Of a stretch of DNA of 64,000 nucleotides, positions 14,770-28,218 are shown piece after piece; positions within the stretch are counted from its first letter, which is position 1; every line of letters begins with the position of its first letter. Both the position numbers and the translations under genes were made by a program. The notes beneath the pieces are model-generated. The model had not been told where the DNA came from, ran no database searches, and worked only from the letters and a program-made list of their open reading frames with translations. The stretch is from Octopus vulgaris. Its lineage: Eukaryota. The stretch spans positions 54,932,001 to 54,996,000 of the forward strand of contig OX597832.1 in the NCBI GenBank assembly GCA_951406725.2, read 5' to 3'.

Positions 14770-15730
14770 AAAGCTTCGTGGGCGTGTAAGACACGCTCAT
14801 CTCATCAGATGCTAGGAGCAGAGTGAAAGCTTCTTTTTTTTTCAGAGAAATTCAAGATGGATTCTATGTGTTCGGCCGTTATTAATCTGCTCAGGTTGCA
14901 TAGTTGTTAATGCTATGAAAGCGACATCAGCTATTTTCTTTATTTCTAGGCCCATGCGTTCGTACATTATGTCGCTGTATATATTAAATCGTAAACCTGC
15001 CGCCATTTAAACGGCAGGTTGCGTTATGGTGCATACAGCGACATCAGTTCCTTGTATTGGTACTGCACATGGATGGGTGGGAATGTTGGCGTGATTCAGT
15101 CCTTCTGTCGTCGTTCAATAGAGTTTATTTATTATTTCAGTCACACTAGTAACAGCTGCCTTTACGTGGAAGTAACCCAATACTAAATTTTATGGTGTTG
15201 GGTTAAAATTGAGGTTGCATGACCAACATGGCTGGGAAGTAGTTTGAATGGGCGGCAAAGATATTAAATAACCTGTCTTTGCATATGCGAAAGCTAGACC
15301 TAGGGTGGTACATCTGGGTTGACAACTGTCGGAGTATGAAGTTCCTTAACCAGGCAACAAAAATAGAGTTCATTTCTCCTGTTGATGGATATTGCACGTT
15401 AGTGAGACTATGTTGAGTATTGTCTCTCGCTGACACAGGGTTGGGAAATATAGAGCTCCAGGTAAGTATCGATGATAATTCATTTGATGTTGGAGATGTC
15501 ATTCCGATGCTCGCGGAATCTCCACATGAAGCAGAACAGGGAGGTGGAGTTTTCCCTATCACTGCACCTGAAGGAGTGTAAGTGTTGTGCATAACTTTTC
15601 TTAAAATTACTAGCTGTCATGCCCGTCTAGTGCCTTCTTATGTCCTCCAACAGTATGAGGGTGGCTCTTTGACAGAGAGGATCTTCTCAGTAAGCAGCTG
15701 GTAGGATTTCGGTTGGAGGCTGTGTAAGGT
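14770..15730 (+). ncRNA. Highly structured non-coding RNA domain (multi-hairpin)
   Basis: Hairpins 14969-15044 (12+9 WC bp) and 15173-15205 (13 bp); closing helices 15144-15159/15611-15632 and ~15371-15385/15536-15549; G:U pairs favour the + strand; all three + frames have early stops after 15141. Confidence 0.5.
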
Positions 15731-16390
15731 TGTTTGTGTCTATAGCAGGGAGAAATGTTTGAAGTGATGTTGCATTAGCAGGAGTAACTTACCATAACAT
15801 TAAGAGAACTGAAGAGTTTGCAAAACCTGTGAGTTTTAGGGAAATGCTTTTAATTGGTGTCAGGAAGCTTCTTGCCATGTTGATGGAACTTTCGGGGTAA
15901 ACTGGAGGATTGAAGCAGATTATTTTATCAATTTAAGATTCTAGATTACCCCGCAATAGCTTCAATACAACACTCACTACCAGTTGTCCTTCATTGAGAG
16001 AAATATTGATTTCAAATTTTGGCACAAGATCAACAATTTCGGTGGGTGGGAGGGCGATTACATTGACCCCCTGCTACATATTTCATCAACCCCGAAAGGA
16101 TGAAAGGCAAAGTCAATCTCGACGGTATCTGAACCCAAAACGTGAAGACGGGCGAAATGTCGCAAAGCATTTTGCTCGATGTGCTAAAGATTCTATCTCA
16201 CCGTCTTCATTGAGAGAAATATTGGGCTGTGCACAATGTTCCAAGGATGAAATTTTTACAAAGTCAATCTCGACGGTATCTGAACCAACCCAGCCGAGCT
16301 GCAAAACGTGAAGACGGGCGAAATGTCGCAAAGCATTTTGCTCGATGTGCTAAAAGATTCTATCTCACCGTCTTCATTGGCACAGAGAAA

Positions 16391-16960
16391 TATTGGGCTG
16401 TCCGGAAAGTTCGTGCCGATTTTTAAAGGAAAGAAAAAGGTCAATAAATACTTGCCATTACATTTTTAATCAACCAAATATGAACCATTTTGTTGCACAA
16501 TGTGTCTCCATCTTTCCTTTAACTTGAAAATACCCTCTTCCCAGAATTGAGGTGGTTTCATGGCAAAGAATTCATCAAGTTATCTTTTTACGTCATCCAA
16601 GGAATTGAAATTTTTACCATTAAGACTATTCTGCAGAGACCTGAATAAGTGGAAATCCGAAGGAGCAACATCTGGTGAATATGGAGGGTGGGGTAACACA
16701 ACCCAGCCGAGCTGCAGCAATTTTTGTCTGGTTCCTAAAGCATCAAGTGCCGAAAATGAACTTTCTTATCTTCCATTTTCAAGGGTTACAGAATTAACAC
16801 AGGTTATAGGAACATAAACCTTCTTCCATGAAAAGATAGCTTAAACTGTGCTCTAAATGGAGGTGTAGTCAAATCCTATTTTATGGACTCAACCATGTTC
16901 TAAAATAAGTCGAAAGATAAGCAACTATAAATTGGCACGAACTTTCCGGACAACCCAATA
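16391..16960 (-). mobile_element. Internally deleted mariner element
   Basis: TA-flanked TIRs ttgggctgtccggaaagttcgtgccgattt / aaattggcacgaactttccggacaacccaa; the - strand encodes a transposase C-terminus LPHPPYSPDVAPSDFHLFRSLQNSL...FWEEGIFKLKERW with a stop. Confidence 0.92.
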
Positions 16961-17250
16961 TTAGCCTTAGTAATAAATACAAAATTGTATTTTTTTATTT
17001 TATTTTATTTTCATTTTATTTTATTTTTATGTGACGTATTAAATGTTTACGTTGATATATATATTTTATACACAATATTCGTAAAACAGCTGAGTTTTGA
17101 TTTTATCTTACAAAATCTTATTTTTTTTATTCTTTTTCCTTTTTTTTCCTGTTTGCTTCTTTTGTTCATATGGAAATAAATTCTTTTATAAAATATCAAA
17201 AAGAAGAAACAAAATTGATATTGAATATAAAAATTCGGTAATAGAGTGTG

Positions 17251-17282
<32 letters not shown>

Positions 17283-17357
17283 TATTTTATCTAGTTTCAG
17301 CTCACGAGCTGTGGCCATGCTGGGGCAGCGCCATTTAAATATATATATATATATTAA

Positions 17358-17404
<47 letters not shown>

Positions 17405-17739
17405 AGCGGTAGGTGGAAACATCCAGGGGGTCGTTGATGAAAACTGGGGCGATAATGGGGGGGGGTAAACAAACAGGGGTGATAATGGGGGGTAAAAAGC
17501 AACAAAATAATGGGTTGACTAGGTTAAATTTTATTTGTGAAATACAGTTGTTTCGAATTTGCTGCTGAAAGTGGTCTATGTTGTTGGTGGTGGTGGTGGT
17601 GATGGTCATCGTCGTTGTCGTCGTCGTCGTCGTGCGTAGGCTGGGGGAGGGCACTAGGAATGCGGCCCGGGTGTCAAGGTGGTAGGGGCAGCTTGAAAAA
17701 TTTTGAGAACCACTGATATATATATATGGAGGTGTAGTC

Positions 17740-17856
<117 letters not shown>

Positions 17857-17961
17857 CGTGTATAATCGCGAATTCATACGTTACTATGTGCAGAGATATA
17901 TAGCGTTATGTATCTGTACGCAGTGTGTCTATACAAAGCGTAAATTAAAGCTAAGGTAAAT

Positions 17962-18205
17962 TTACCTTTTTGAGTCATAGCAACCCATAAGGGCCGGTTT
18001 CCCAGTTTCATGACGTATTTATTCCCCGCCTGGATGGGGCGCCGGTCCGTCGCATGCTTATTCATTTTTGCCAGTGGACTGGAGCAACCTGAAATGAGGA
18101 GTTTTGCTCAAGAATACAACGCGTCGCGCAGCCGAGCGCAGGAATCGAAACCACAATCTTATGATCATGCGTCCAACACCCTAACCACTAAACCACGCGT
18201 CTCCA
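17962..18205 (-). mobile_element. SINE (CORE-like head H2 + tail T2)
   Basis: Head matches 56543+ and 48857-49402; tail gacggaccggcgccccatccagg...gaaactgggaaaccggccctt matches family B. Confidence 0.75.
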
Positions 18206-18311
18206 CTATATAAAGCGTGTATAATCGTGATGTTATATGTTACTGTGTGTGCACATTTATAAATAGAAGGAGGGTTATGTCTCTGTTTAGTTAACAATCT
18301 ACAACTAAGCA

Positions 18312-18473
18312 GGCGCAGGCGTGGCTGTACGGTAAGAAGGTCGCTTCTCAACCACATGGTTCCGGGTTCAGTCCCACTACATGGCACCTTAGGTAAGTGT
18401 CTTCTACTATATCCTCGGGACGACCAAAGCCTTGTGAGTGGATTTAGTTGATGCAAACCGAAAGAAGCCCGTC

Positions 18474-18546
<73 letters not shown>

Positions 18547-18748
18547 GGTCTCTCTGTCCCCTAATCGATCGCCGTTTGACAACTGGTATTGGTATGTAAC
18601 TTAGTGGCTAAGCCTAAGAGACCGATAAAATAGGAGCTAGGCTTTAAAAAAATAAGTCGTAGGGTCGATTTATTCGACTAAAACCCCTCCAGTGCAGTGC
18701 TCCAGTATGGCCATACTCAAATGACTGAAACGAGTAAATGAATAAAAA
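18312..18748 (+). mobile_element. SINE family A, full length
   Basis: Head, core, internal (TA)/(TG) tract and tail as in other copies. Confidence 0.88.
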
Positions 18749-19189
18749 CGTACACACGGCCCACGGAAATCACGTGTTTAAGCTTGGGTGATAGAACACT
18801 GTTCTTAGTGACCTGCTGGTAATATCAGCCAAATTCCCCTCGAATTTCACGTTTTCATCTCACAAAAATACAATGCTTAATGTAGTTCTTAGACCGTATT
18901 ATATCTTAGCAGAAAATGGGAGAGAAAACACTTGAGCGCTGAACTGAGGCGGAACAACAAAGAACAACGACTCAAGGTTAACAGATTCTACGCAAAATGT
19001 ACGCTCATGCGGTTCGGTTTGGAAGCTAGATGTCTTTATGTTTGCTACACGTTTCAATGTGGCACTAGTCCATAACTAAACCATTACTATTGAAAATTAA
19101 CCTGAGACTAAATTATGCGAGTCTTTTCATGAATGTTCTTACCTCACGTAACGTACTGATAGAGAAAATCAGAAGCAGTGTACGTTACA

Positions 19190-19512
19190 CGAGATCTCGT
19201 TAGAGCGTGGTACATTAAATGAGATCTCGTTAAAGCGTGGGACATTACATGAGATCTCGTTAAAGTGTGGGACATTAGGCGAGATCTCTTTGAAGCCTGA
19301 GACTTTACATGCGATCTCGTTAAAGCGTGGGACATTACATGAGATCTCGTTAAAGCGTGGGACTACATGAAACCTCGTTAAAACATGAGACATTACATGA
19401 GACCTCGTTAAAGAGTGGGACATTAGGCGAGATCTCTTTGAAACCTGAGACATTACATGCGATCTCGTTAAAGCGTGGGACATTACATGAGATCTCGTTC
19501 TAGCATGGGATA
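19190..19512. repeat. 30-bp minisatellite (gagatctcgttaaagcgtgggacattacat), ~11 units
   Basis: Direct inspection. Confidence 0.92.
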
Positions 19513-19559
19513 TAACATCTACAAAATGTAAAATCAGTGTTTTTATGAATATGTTTAAC

Positions 19560-19850
19560 AACCGTCTGGCATCTCCATCCGGCATTATCGTCCCCTATCA
19601 GTATCAAACACCACTATCTGGAATTACCATCTCTCATCACTACCCTGTATCACTATCTGACGTCACCATCCGGTATCACCACCCGGTATCACCACCCGGT
19701 ATTACCATTCCCCATCACCGTCCGGCATTGTTATCCAGCATTTCCATCTGGTATGATCATCGCTCCATCACTATCCGGTATCTCTATCCGGCATCACTCC
19801 ACCTCATCGCTATCCGGCATCACGCCACCTCATCGTTATCCGGCATCCCC
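19560..19850. repeat. Degenerate C-rich ~20-bp tandem repeat (catcaccatccggtatcac-like)
   Basis: Recurrent tccggcatc/tccggtatc units. Confidence 0.7.
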
Positions 19851-20099
19851 AACAAACATTTTGGTTCAGTTTGTCGTTATGAAGAATGAAGAAACAAGAC
19901 AGCTGTACAAAAAATCCTCAAATCGATCGAATCGTGGGATTTGATCTATTGAAAACCCGTTAACTATTTGCTGCTAGGAAAGCCCCTTTCTTGTTTGTGA
20001 TTTCTTCGTCTTCTGCGAGGAAAGTTTTGTTTTACAACTTGATAGAGAGAAAGAGAGAGAGGGGAAAAAGAGAGAGGAGAGAAGAGAGGGATAGAGTGA

Positions 20100-20135
<36 letters not shown>

Positions 20136-21487
20136 GGGGAGTGAGAAAGAGAAAATGAGATATCATAAATATTGGTCCTACAGCATATATTATTACCGTA
20201 ACTGTGTAATTCCCATAAAACACTTCAAAAAACCTAAAAAGACAATAAAAAGGGACAAGCATAAAGAACATCTGACTTATCGGGGGATTGGTGGGAAGTT
20301 ATAGAAAGCCCGACAAAACAGATTCAGATCATAGTTAAAAATCCTACCAACTAGAAATGTGCATCTAATTCAGTCAACCAACTGTATGGCAAAAGGCGGG
20401 AGCGTTTCCCATTTACCAAGATATAAATGTTGATATTGTGTATTGATATGCGTTTGTGATATCCTTTAGCTGCTGAAAACCGGAAAAATCAATCTTTCTT
20501 GAGATCAATGACATCGATTAGTTGTATGCTTTCAATGAAACAACCCACTTTGTGAATGCAGAAACCTGTTTGATACCCTTATATCATATCTATCGTGTAG
20601 GTTTATGGACGTTTGAATAAATCCATAACGTCCATAAACAAGCTAATACTAAGGCTCCTGTAACCGTAATGTCCATTGAGATATAGGTTCAAAGAATGCT
20701 GCATGTTCTGCAGAATGTATAATTAGTAATCAAAGCGAAAGCGAATTAAACTTTTATGAATAAAAATTAGGTTCTCAATTTTGATATCAGCATTCGAAAT
20801 TCTCTACATGAACATTAAAATCCTTTTTAGCCGAAAGAAATATTTGATCAGTTTGGCAAAATCAAACGATGTCAGCCTCTTCTGAAGATCGTTATCAAAG
20901 AACTGGGAATGGTCTAAATTAGAACTTGCTGAACAGATACTGTTGTTGAGGAATGAACTGTTGGGAAAACCTCATTCAAATTTGTATAAATCATTGAACG
21001 AGTCGAGCTTTCACGAAGTTTCCACCAACGGACAATAGCTGCCCGTTCTGTCCAGGATGTAAAGCTCCCCATAAAAGAGATCTATGAAGAGTTCTTGAAC
21101 CAGCCCTTCAGTATCATTGCAGTTGAAGGCTGCATTATTGAATAGTTTGGGGTCTGAAGTTACTCTCGGTGGGCAATAAAATTCTAATCAGACGTAAATG
21201 ATATATCTATATGCCGTTTGTCTTGTATTCTGTAGGATTAGAACATCTTTGAATGAGATTTTATCATTACGCACGCTCAGATACATAAAATATAATACAT
21301 ACACGTATATGTGTGTGCGTATGTGTGTGCGTGTGTGTATATATATATAATAAATAGTAAATAATACACACATACGTTATTTGGAGGCACATAGCCTAGT
21401 GGTTAGAGCAGTGGACTCGGGATCGCGGGTTCGAATCTCAGACCGGGCAATGTTTTGTTCGCGTTAACGGGGGTGGCTGGATCTACT

Positions 21488-21570
21488 TGGGTGGGTGTAT
21501 GGGTATGGGTGGGTGTATGGGTATGGGTGGGTGTATGGGTATGGGTGGGTGTATGGGTATGGGTGGGTGG
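21488..21570 (+). repeat. 18-bp G-rich minisatellite (gggtgggtgtatgggtat), G-quadruplex-capable
   Basis: More than 10 GGG runs with 1-6 nt loops. Confidence 0.85.
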
Positions 21571-21619
21571 TTGATTCTGGGGGGGACGTGTATGTGTACA
21601 TGTGTGTGTGTGTGTGCAT

Positions 21620-21662
<43 letters not shown>

Positions 21663-22086
21663 TCCTTACTTGTAAAACAGATAACATGCGCGAGTAAAGT
21701 CGTGCGATCAAGAACATCGCATCGCAATAAAGTCGCTTCGGGTTCAATCTTCCTACGCGGTACCTGAATCAAGTTACTTTCCTTCTACGGCCCCGGGTTG
21801 ACCAAAAAGTTTCAAGTGGAATTCGTAGACAAAGAAGGAGTAGAAGCGCGGCAACTTTGCAGACACAGAATCGGTGCGATGAACATAAATACTGTATGGT
21901 CTTTGGTTCCTTTAACACCCAGTAGACATTACCGTTCTTCATTGACAGGAATATGAAATAAGCGTCCACTAAAGAACAGGCACCGATGTAATCCATTAAA
22001 CACGTTGAATGAGGAGCTCCATAATGTCCGCAGGCCAATCACTGGAACCAATAAATTAATGAAACACTCCCTCGCCCACTTCTTCT

Positions 22087-22168
<82 letters not shown>

Positions 22169-22309
22169 GTATGTATATATATATATATACATACATACAT
22201 ACGTACATACATACATACATACATACATATATGTGTATATATATGTGTGTGTGTATATGTACGCATGTATGTATGTATATACATACATACATACATACAT
22301 ACATATACG

Positions 22310-22395
<86 letters not shown>

Positions 22396-22421
22396 TGTAT
22401 GTATGTATGTATGTATGTATG

Positions 22422-22490
<69 letters not shown>

Positions 22491-22685
22491 CGATTGTGTA
22501 CACTTTCGAAACCATTTTCTTGCCTGCAAAATACCAACCGCATCTGACGTTTCCAAAGTTTGTTTATATATATATATGGGGGTGATGGCGGGGGCTGTGT
22601 GTATGTAAATATGTAAATGTATGTATATATATATATATGTATATATATATATTTGTGTATATAGATATATAGATAGATAGATTGA

Positions 22686-22719
<34 letters not shown>

Positions 22720-22847
22720 TATATGCATACATAAATACATACATACATAAATACATACATGCATGCATACATACGTTCATGCATGCATACATATATATGT
22801 ACATACATATACGTTACTATTCATTCTTCAATTACGGTACGCATACT

Positions 22848-22879
<32 letters not shown>

Positions 22880-23180
22880 CAAATACACACGCACGCACAC
22901 ACACACACACACACAAACACATTCACATTTATACGTATATATGTTTGTGTGAGAGAGAGAGAGAGGCAGACATACAGACAGACAGAGACAGAAAGAGTGT
23001 GTGTGTCTGTCGTATGTGTATATGCGTATGCATGTGGTATAGTGTTTGCATGTGTCTTTGTGTTTGTGTGTGAGAGAGAGAGAGAGAGAGGAGAGGAGAC
23101 AGAGACAGAGACAGAGAGACAGAGCTGTGCCTGGAGTATGTGTATGTGTATGCGTGTGGTTATAGTGTTTGCGTGTGTGT

Positions 23181-23213
<33 letters not shown>

Positions 23214-23715
23214 TACATATGCATGTTTGAGACCAGGAAGCTTCATAAAACACCATATCTTATATTCATGACCCACTGGAAATGACCCACTTAATGATAA
23301 GTCGATTACAGTTTTTCTATTGACCACCGACTTCGATTCTTTTATAAAAACATTCTCCCTCATTCTCTTTCTCTCAGTCAGTCTGCCTGTCTGCCTGTCT
23401 GCCTGTCTGCCTATTTCTCTTATCCGCCATTTTGTTATATATATATATATATATATATCTTTGTTGTGTTTATCTTTTTTTCTTCAAACTCTCCCTTCTA
23501 TGTTTTAAATTATACGGGGCTTTCCTTAAAATTTCCCCACTCAAAAACTCAACATCCAATCACTGGATTTTCCGGATTGATTTTAAGATAAATATGGTTT
23601 ACATTCGAACGGAAACTACGGCTAAGATTTCAGCGGGCATTCTTATTTCTATTTCAGATATAACTTACACCTTACGCTATCACATTTAATACGTGCCGGC
23701 ACACCTGTCTGTGTG

Positions 23716-23798
<83 letters not shown>

Positions 23799-23922
23799 GT
23801 CTCTCTATGTGTCTGTCAGTATGTATGTATCTATGTATGTATGCATGCAGACTGTGTCTCAATATATTTTACCTATCGATCTATTAGTCTATCTACTTGT
23901 CTGTCTACCTGTCTATCTATGC

Positions 23923-24009
<87 letters not shown>

Positions 24010-24012
<3 letters not shown>

Positions 24013-24300
24013 GAGACACATGGCCTAGTGGTTAGAGAGCAACGGAGATCGCGGGTTCGAATCTCAGACCGGACGATATGTGTGTTTATGAGCAAACAAC
24101 CTAAGCTCCACGCGGCTCCGGCAGAAGATAATGGCGAACTTCTGCTGACTCTTTCGCCACAACATTCTCTCACTCTTTTCTCCTGCACCTAGCAGCTCAC
24201 CTGCGACGGACCGGCGTCCCGTCCAGGTGGAGAACCTATACGCCAAGTAAACCGGGAAACCGGCCCTTATGAGCCAGGCGTGGCTCGAGAATAAACAAAC
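24010..24300 (+). mobile_element. SINE family B
   Basis: Matches 6684-6992 and 25330-25628. Confidence 0.9.
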
Positions 24301-24336
<36 letters not shown>

Positions 24337-24767
24337 TTTAAAGAATTGAGTCAAACTGTTATTAATATATACATACATATATGCACGCATTCGTACAAAT
24401 ATATATATAAGGATAAAATTTTATTTTAAAATTTTATCACTGGCAAGCGTGTGAAAAATACCTTTTAAGGTGAAAATTATTAATACAATTATAAATAAGG
24501 GGAAAAATAAAAAAAAATTTCTTTTGCCAATTTGCTGATAAATAGACGCTAAAACGTCTAACCGCATAAAATCTTTTCACTTATATTATTGCATCACGTG
24601 TCGAAACGAGGAAAGCAATTTAATAGAAATTCATAAACATCTAGCTTTCCCTGAATCGGTTCCGATTTCTGGATTAATCCAAAAAGGATTCTTCCTTCAT
24701 CAGCGCGGAACACAAAATGAAAATAAATGAAGTACTTAGACATACCCGCGGAAAAGCAGGTGCAAAG

Positions 24768-24870
<103 letters not shown>

Positions 24871-25329
24871 TACATATAAATTAATATATATTGTATAAAG
24901 GATCGTGGGTAGGGCTAAAATAATGCGAAGTAAATGCAAAGTAAATCACAAGAAAACAAATATGTGAAATAATGTAGACTTATCTTGTATTCAATATTTC
25001 GGGGTTATGAACCCATTTTCAAGAAATTGACGATTGCTGTCGATGTGCGCACAATGCTTCATAGTAATTATTCCATTATGAAACACACACACACACAGAG
25101 GCACGCACACTTATATCTGTATCCGTTTATCGGTGTGTGTGTGTGTGTGTGTGTGTGTTTTGTTCTGGCTGCCTTTGTATCAATTAAGGATCAGTTAATC
25201 GAATTATCGAGGTACTGACACCTTCTCAACAATAAACAAGATGTTAGCAGGAAGATAAAAGTTAGTCATTACAGAATGACGCCTCCCCATAATTGATCCT
25301 ATTCTATTTCATACTGTTATCGTTAGTTC

Positions 25330-25628
25330 ATGGAGTTACATGGCCTAGTGGTTAGAGCAACGGACTCGCGGTCGTGGAATCGTGGGTTCGAATCTCAGAC
25401 CGGACGATGTGTGTGTTTATGAACGAAACACCTAAGATCCACGCGGCTCCGGCAGAAGGTAATAGTGAACTTCTGGCTCTTTTGCCACAACTTTCTCTCA
25501 CTCTTTCCTCCCGCATCTTGCAGCTCACCTGCGACGGACCGGTGTCCCGTCCAGGTGGGGAACCTATACGCGAAGGAAACTGGGAAACCGGTCCTGATGA
25601 TCCAGGCATGACTCGAGAAGGAACAAAG
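25330..25628 (+). mobile_element. SINE family B
   Basis: As above. Confidence 0.9.
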
Positions 25629-25807
25629 AATAACAACATCATTAGTTCAGCAAATATATGTAAGTACAGGCTGAATGATTGCCTTTCCGTGTCTCTCTCG
25701 CTGGCCCAATCCATTTAATTTCAAAAGAGCACAAAGAGATGGATTAATTAGCAGTCCAATTAACAATTGTATTGCGAGGTCCAAGTCTTACAGTAAATAG
25801 AACAAAG

Positions 25808-25974
25808 AGGCGCAGGAATGGCTGCGTGCGAAGTAGCTTGCTTACCAACCACATAGTTCTGGGTTCAGTCCCACTGCATGGCACCTTGGGCAAGTGTCTT
25901 CTACTATAGCCTCGGGCCGACCAAAGCTTTGAGAGTGGATTTGGTAGACGGAAACTGAAAGAAGCCCGTCGTAC

Positions 25975-26014
<40 letters not shown>

Positions 26015-26238
26015 CTATCTGTCTGTGTTTGTGTGTCTGTGTTTGTCCTCCCAACATCGCTTGACAACTGATGCTCGTGTGCTTACGTCCGCGTAACTTA
26101 GCGGTTCGGCAAAATAGACTGATAGAATAAGTACTAGGCTTCCAAAGAATAAGTCCTGGGGTCGATTTGCTCGACTAAAAGGCGGTGCTCCAGTATGGCC
26201 GCAGTCAAATAACTGAAACGAGTAAAAGAGTAAAAGAG
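25808..26238 (+). mobile_element. SINE family A, full length
   Basis: Near-consensus copy. Confidence 0.9.
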
Positions 26239-26413
26239 AGAAATAAGAACGATGACTCTATCCCGTCTAGATCTCAAATATATGTCTGTGTTCGTGCTTG
26301 GGTGTGTGTGTGTGTACGTGTGTGTGTGTGGTGTGTGGTATGGTGTGGTGTGTGTGTATGCTATGTGTGTGTGCGCGCGCGCGCGTATGTGTTTGTGTGT
26401 TTCGTAGGTGCAT

Positions 26414-26485
26414 GGGAATCGACCTGTCTCATCAGATATCGGAGTATTTCTTCTTTTAATATCTGATGAGATGGGTTCGTCTTTC
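26414..26485 (+). ncRNA. pre-miRNA-like hairpin
   Basis: gacctgtctcatcagatat (26421-26439) / atatctgatgagatgggtt (26459-26477): 19 bp including 3 G:U. Confidence 0.4.
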
Positions 26486-26680
26486 GTGCCTACAAAAATT
26501 TTAAGTTTTACAGAATTGAGTCAAACTGTCGGCGGCGAGCTGGCAGAAACGTAAGCACGCCGGGCGAGAATTTTTATTTATCACAATTATTTCGATACAT
26601 CGCGGGTGAGATACTTAACTACAAGTGTTATATTTACATCGCTACCGGACGTTATCCATGACATGATGCGTCTCTCTATC

Positions 26681-26749
<69 letters not shown>

Positions 26750-26762
<13 letters not shown>

Positions 26763-27100
26763 AATATATATATAAACGGCAAAATGTCTATGTGTGTGTC
26801 CTTTATACTGATCGCACTTTCTAAGGTCATTCAAAACCGTCCAAGGGTGGTCGTGCACATCTTTACATTTCCCCAGTCACACCGCAAAGCGATTTAAAAT
26901 CAATAGAAGTGACTTTTTAGTGAATTTTCTATCCAAAACCAAATCAAAATGCCCGAAACTTGATACGCCAATTGAATGACAGCAAGCTGTATGTGATTGG
27001 TCGGAGATTTGAACACTACCCGCGTGTATGTGCGCACGCACGCAGCTGTATATGCATGCACTAGCACTATGACCCGGCGTTGCCAGGTCATAGTGCTAGT
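26750..27100 (+). mobile_element. Helitron-like non-autonomous element
   Basis: 5' tatataaacggcaaaatgtct; 3' hairpin ending CTAG-T (actagcactatgacc...ggtcatagtgctagt). Confidence 0.65.
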
Positions 27101-27814
27101 ATATATATATAAAATTTCCGGTTCAATTCTTTATAGTATGATCTCATAGTATCATTATTATCATCGTCGGTTATATTTATTTCGTTATCGTTGATGATAA
27201 TTTCGTTTGATATCCCACCGCCGGTATACATTGCTGATTTCTTTGCTCTCATTAAAATTCATATCAATCCTGAGATATTTTCTTTACACTTTTTATCGAT
27301 TAGGTTCTTGATATGATCGCTGTATCGTTATTGATATTTATCGATATTGATATCTATCGCTCATTCTCTTAATATGATTTCTGATCATTTTTCACTGATA
27401 TCAGCCATTGATGATATCATTGGTGGTATCTTTGCCCATGCATTTGTTGGTATCAATTGCTACACTGTTAGTGATATTCCTACTCTCACATTTTAGATAT
27501 CTACGCTCTTGTTTTTCTTCATATCAATATTAATAACTTTTTCATGGTATAACTGTAGATATATCATTCTTGGTTTTTCTCTTTTTTTTACAAGTTGTTG
27601 CTTAATTCCTCAAGTGAGTAATCGTTAAATGTCACCTTGAGGGTTAATAAGCAGTCTATATACACGTGTATCTATAATTGTACTTAATTAAAGATATACA
27701 TGTGTGTTTATACCATCTAATATGTCTTATTAGATCACTATGTTAAAATATGTTTGTTTACAAATTTATTCCACACAGAAATACATTTATACATATATAT
27801 GTACATCTATCTAT

Positions 27815-27882
<68 letters not shown>

Positions 27883-27883
27883 T

Positions 27884-27918
<35 letters not shown>

Positions 27919-27999
27919 ATGTATAGATATATATATATATAGATATATAGATACATATATATATGCATATATATACATATATACATACATATATACATG

Positions 28000-28086
<87 letters not shown>

Positions 28087-28155
28087 ATAAGCAGAGTTAG
28101 GTGGTTATAGTAACAGACTAAGGGATAAAAACATCCGTATTTACTATCAGTACCA

Positions 28156-28218
28156 GTTACCTGTGCTATCCCTGGGTATGGGTATGCAGGCACACTATGC
28201 TCGTAGGGTACAGGTAAC
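28156..28218 (+). ncRNA. pre-miRNA-like hairpin
   Basis: gttacctgtgct/ggtacaggtaac (12 bp) plus tgggtatgg/ctatgctcg (9 bp, G:U-rich). Confidence 0.35.

Noticed and set aside
14771-14832. Minus-strand hammerhead (CUGAUGA...GAAG)
   Set aside because: GAAG instead of GAAA, stem I not contiguous, and the stem has G:U pairs only on the + strand
24655-24712. Minus-strand CUGAUGA...GAAAUC motif
   Set aside because: Stem I is offset by 3 nt and no stem III forms
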